Positions 63,700-64,000 of a stretch of 64,000 nt of DNA are shown here, piece by piece. The stretch comes from a bacterium. GTDB lineage: Bacteria > UBA10199 > 2-02-FULL-44-16 > JAAZCA01. The first letter of the stretch is position 1; every line of letters begins with the position of its first letter. Location: the NCBI GenBank assembly GCA_963674695.2, contig CAXXGI010000002.1, positions 768,001 through 832,000 of the forward strand, in the 5' to 3' direction. The translations under genes and the position numbers were made by a program. The notes under the pieces were generated by a model that made no database searches, was not told where the DNA came from, and worked only from the letters and a program-made list of their open reading frames with translations.

Positions 63700-64000
63700 G
63701 TGAAACTTATCGTCGGCCTTGGAAATCCTGGGCGTTCTTATGCACGGCATCGGCATAACATCGGTTTCGATGTGATCGATGCGCTGGCGGCTCGTCTCGG
63801 GGTCGATGTGGGAAAGAAGTCCTTTCAGGCGCTCGTCGGCGATGGGCGCTTGGGCTCCGAGAAGGTGCTGCTCATCAAGCCGCAGACCTTCATGAACGTT
63901 TCGGGCGAGTCGGTGGCGCCGCTGATCGGCTATTACCGGCTGACGATCGACGATTTGGTCGTCGTGCATGACGATATCGATCTCGCCCTCGGTCAGATCA
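63700..64000 (+). CDS. pth: Peptidyl-tRNA hydrolase (3'-truncated by window edge)
   Basis: GTG-KLIVGLGNPG, RHNIGF, KPQTFMN.SG, HDDID. Confidence 0.95.
   Translation, partial: MKLIVGLGNPGRSYARHRHNIGFDVIDALAARLGVDVGKKSFQALVGDGRLGSEKVLLIKPQTFMNVSGESVAPLIGYYRLTIDDLVVVHDDIDLALGQI

Noticed and set aside
1-64000. Prophage, integrase, autonomous IS or rRNA
   Set aside because: No ORF with transposase, recombinase or phage structural motifs and no rRNA-like sequence seen.

Overview
GC-rich bacterial chromosomal window. Its gene content (spoVG between ispE and tRNA-Gln-prs-rplY-pth, TolC-RND without an adaptor, a Cys-containing C-terminal sorting signal, a sigma-54 promoter) suggests a deltaproteobacterial-type lineage; this is inference. 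About 50 CDS, mostly on the + strand. They include the end of an anaerobic nitrogen-heterocycle catabolic cluster (ygeY, YgeW-like carbamoyltransferase, preT/preA, threonine-synthase-like enzyme) interrupted by an HTH + nucleotidyltransferase pair. An accessory block follows, with an apparently circularly permuted M4/M36 metalloprotease, a ThiF protein, a eukaryote-type arginine-methyltransferase (PRMT)-like protein and an N-terminally extended copy of a class II aldolase. Housekeeping genes include udg, split coaB/coaC, tlyA, rsmD, coaD, an opp-type ABC transporter, xseAB, ispA, ispE, prs, rplY and pth. A form IV RuBisCO-like protein plus yjbQ lie where dxs usually follows ispA, and there is an arginine-synthetase (ArcE)-like gene and several surface proteins/lipoproteins. 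Intergenic DNA is rich in small repeats: eight TGTCAT...ATGACA REP-like palindromes, three MITE-like elements, a repeated covarying hairpin and many 7-9 bp tandem microrepeats, some inside coding sequences. No CRISPR array, transposase, integrase or rRNA was seen. All protein assignments are by motif recognition without database searches.
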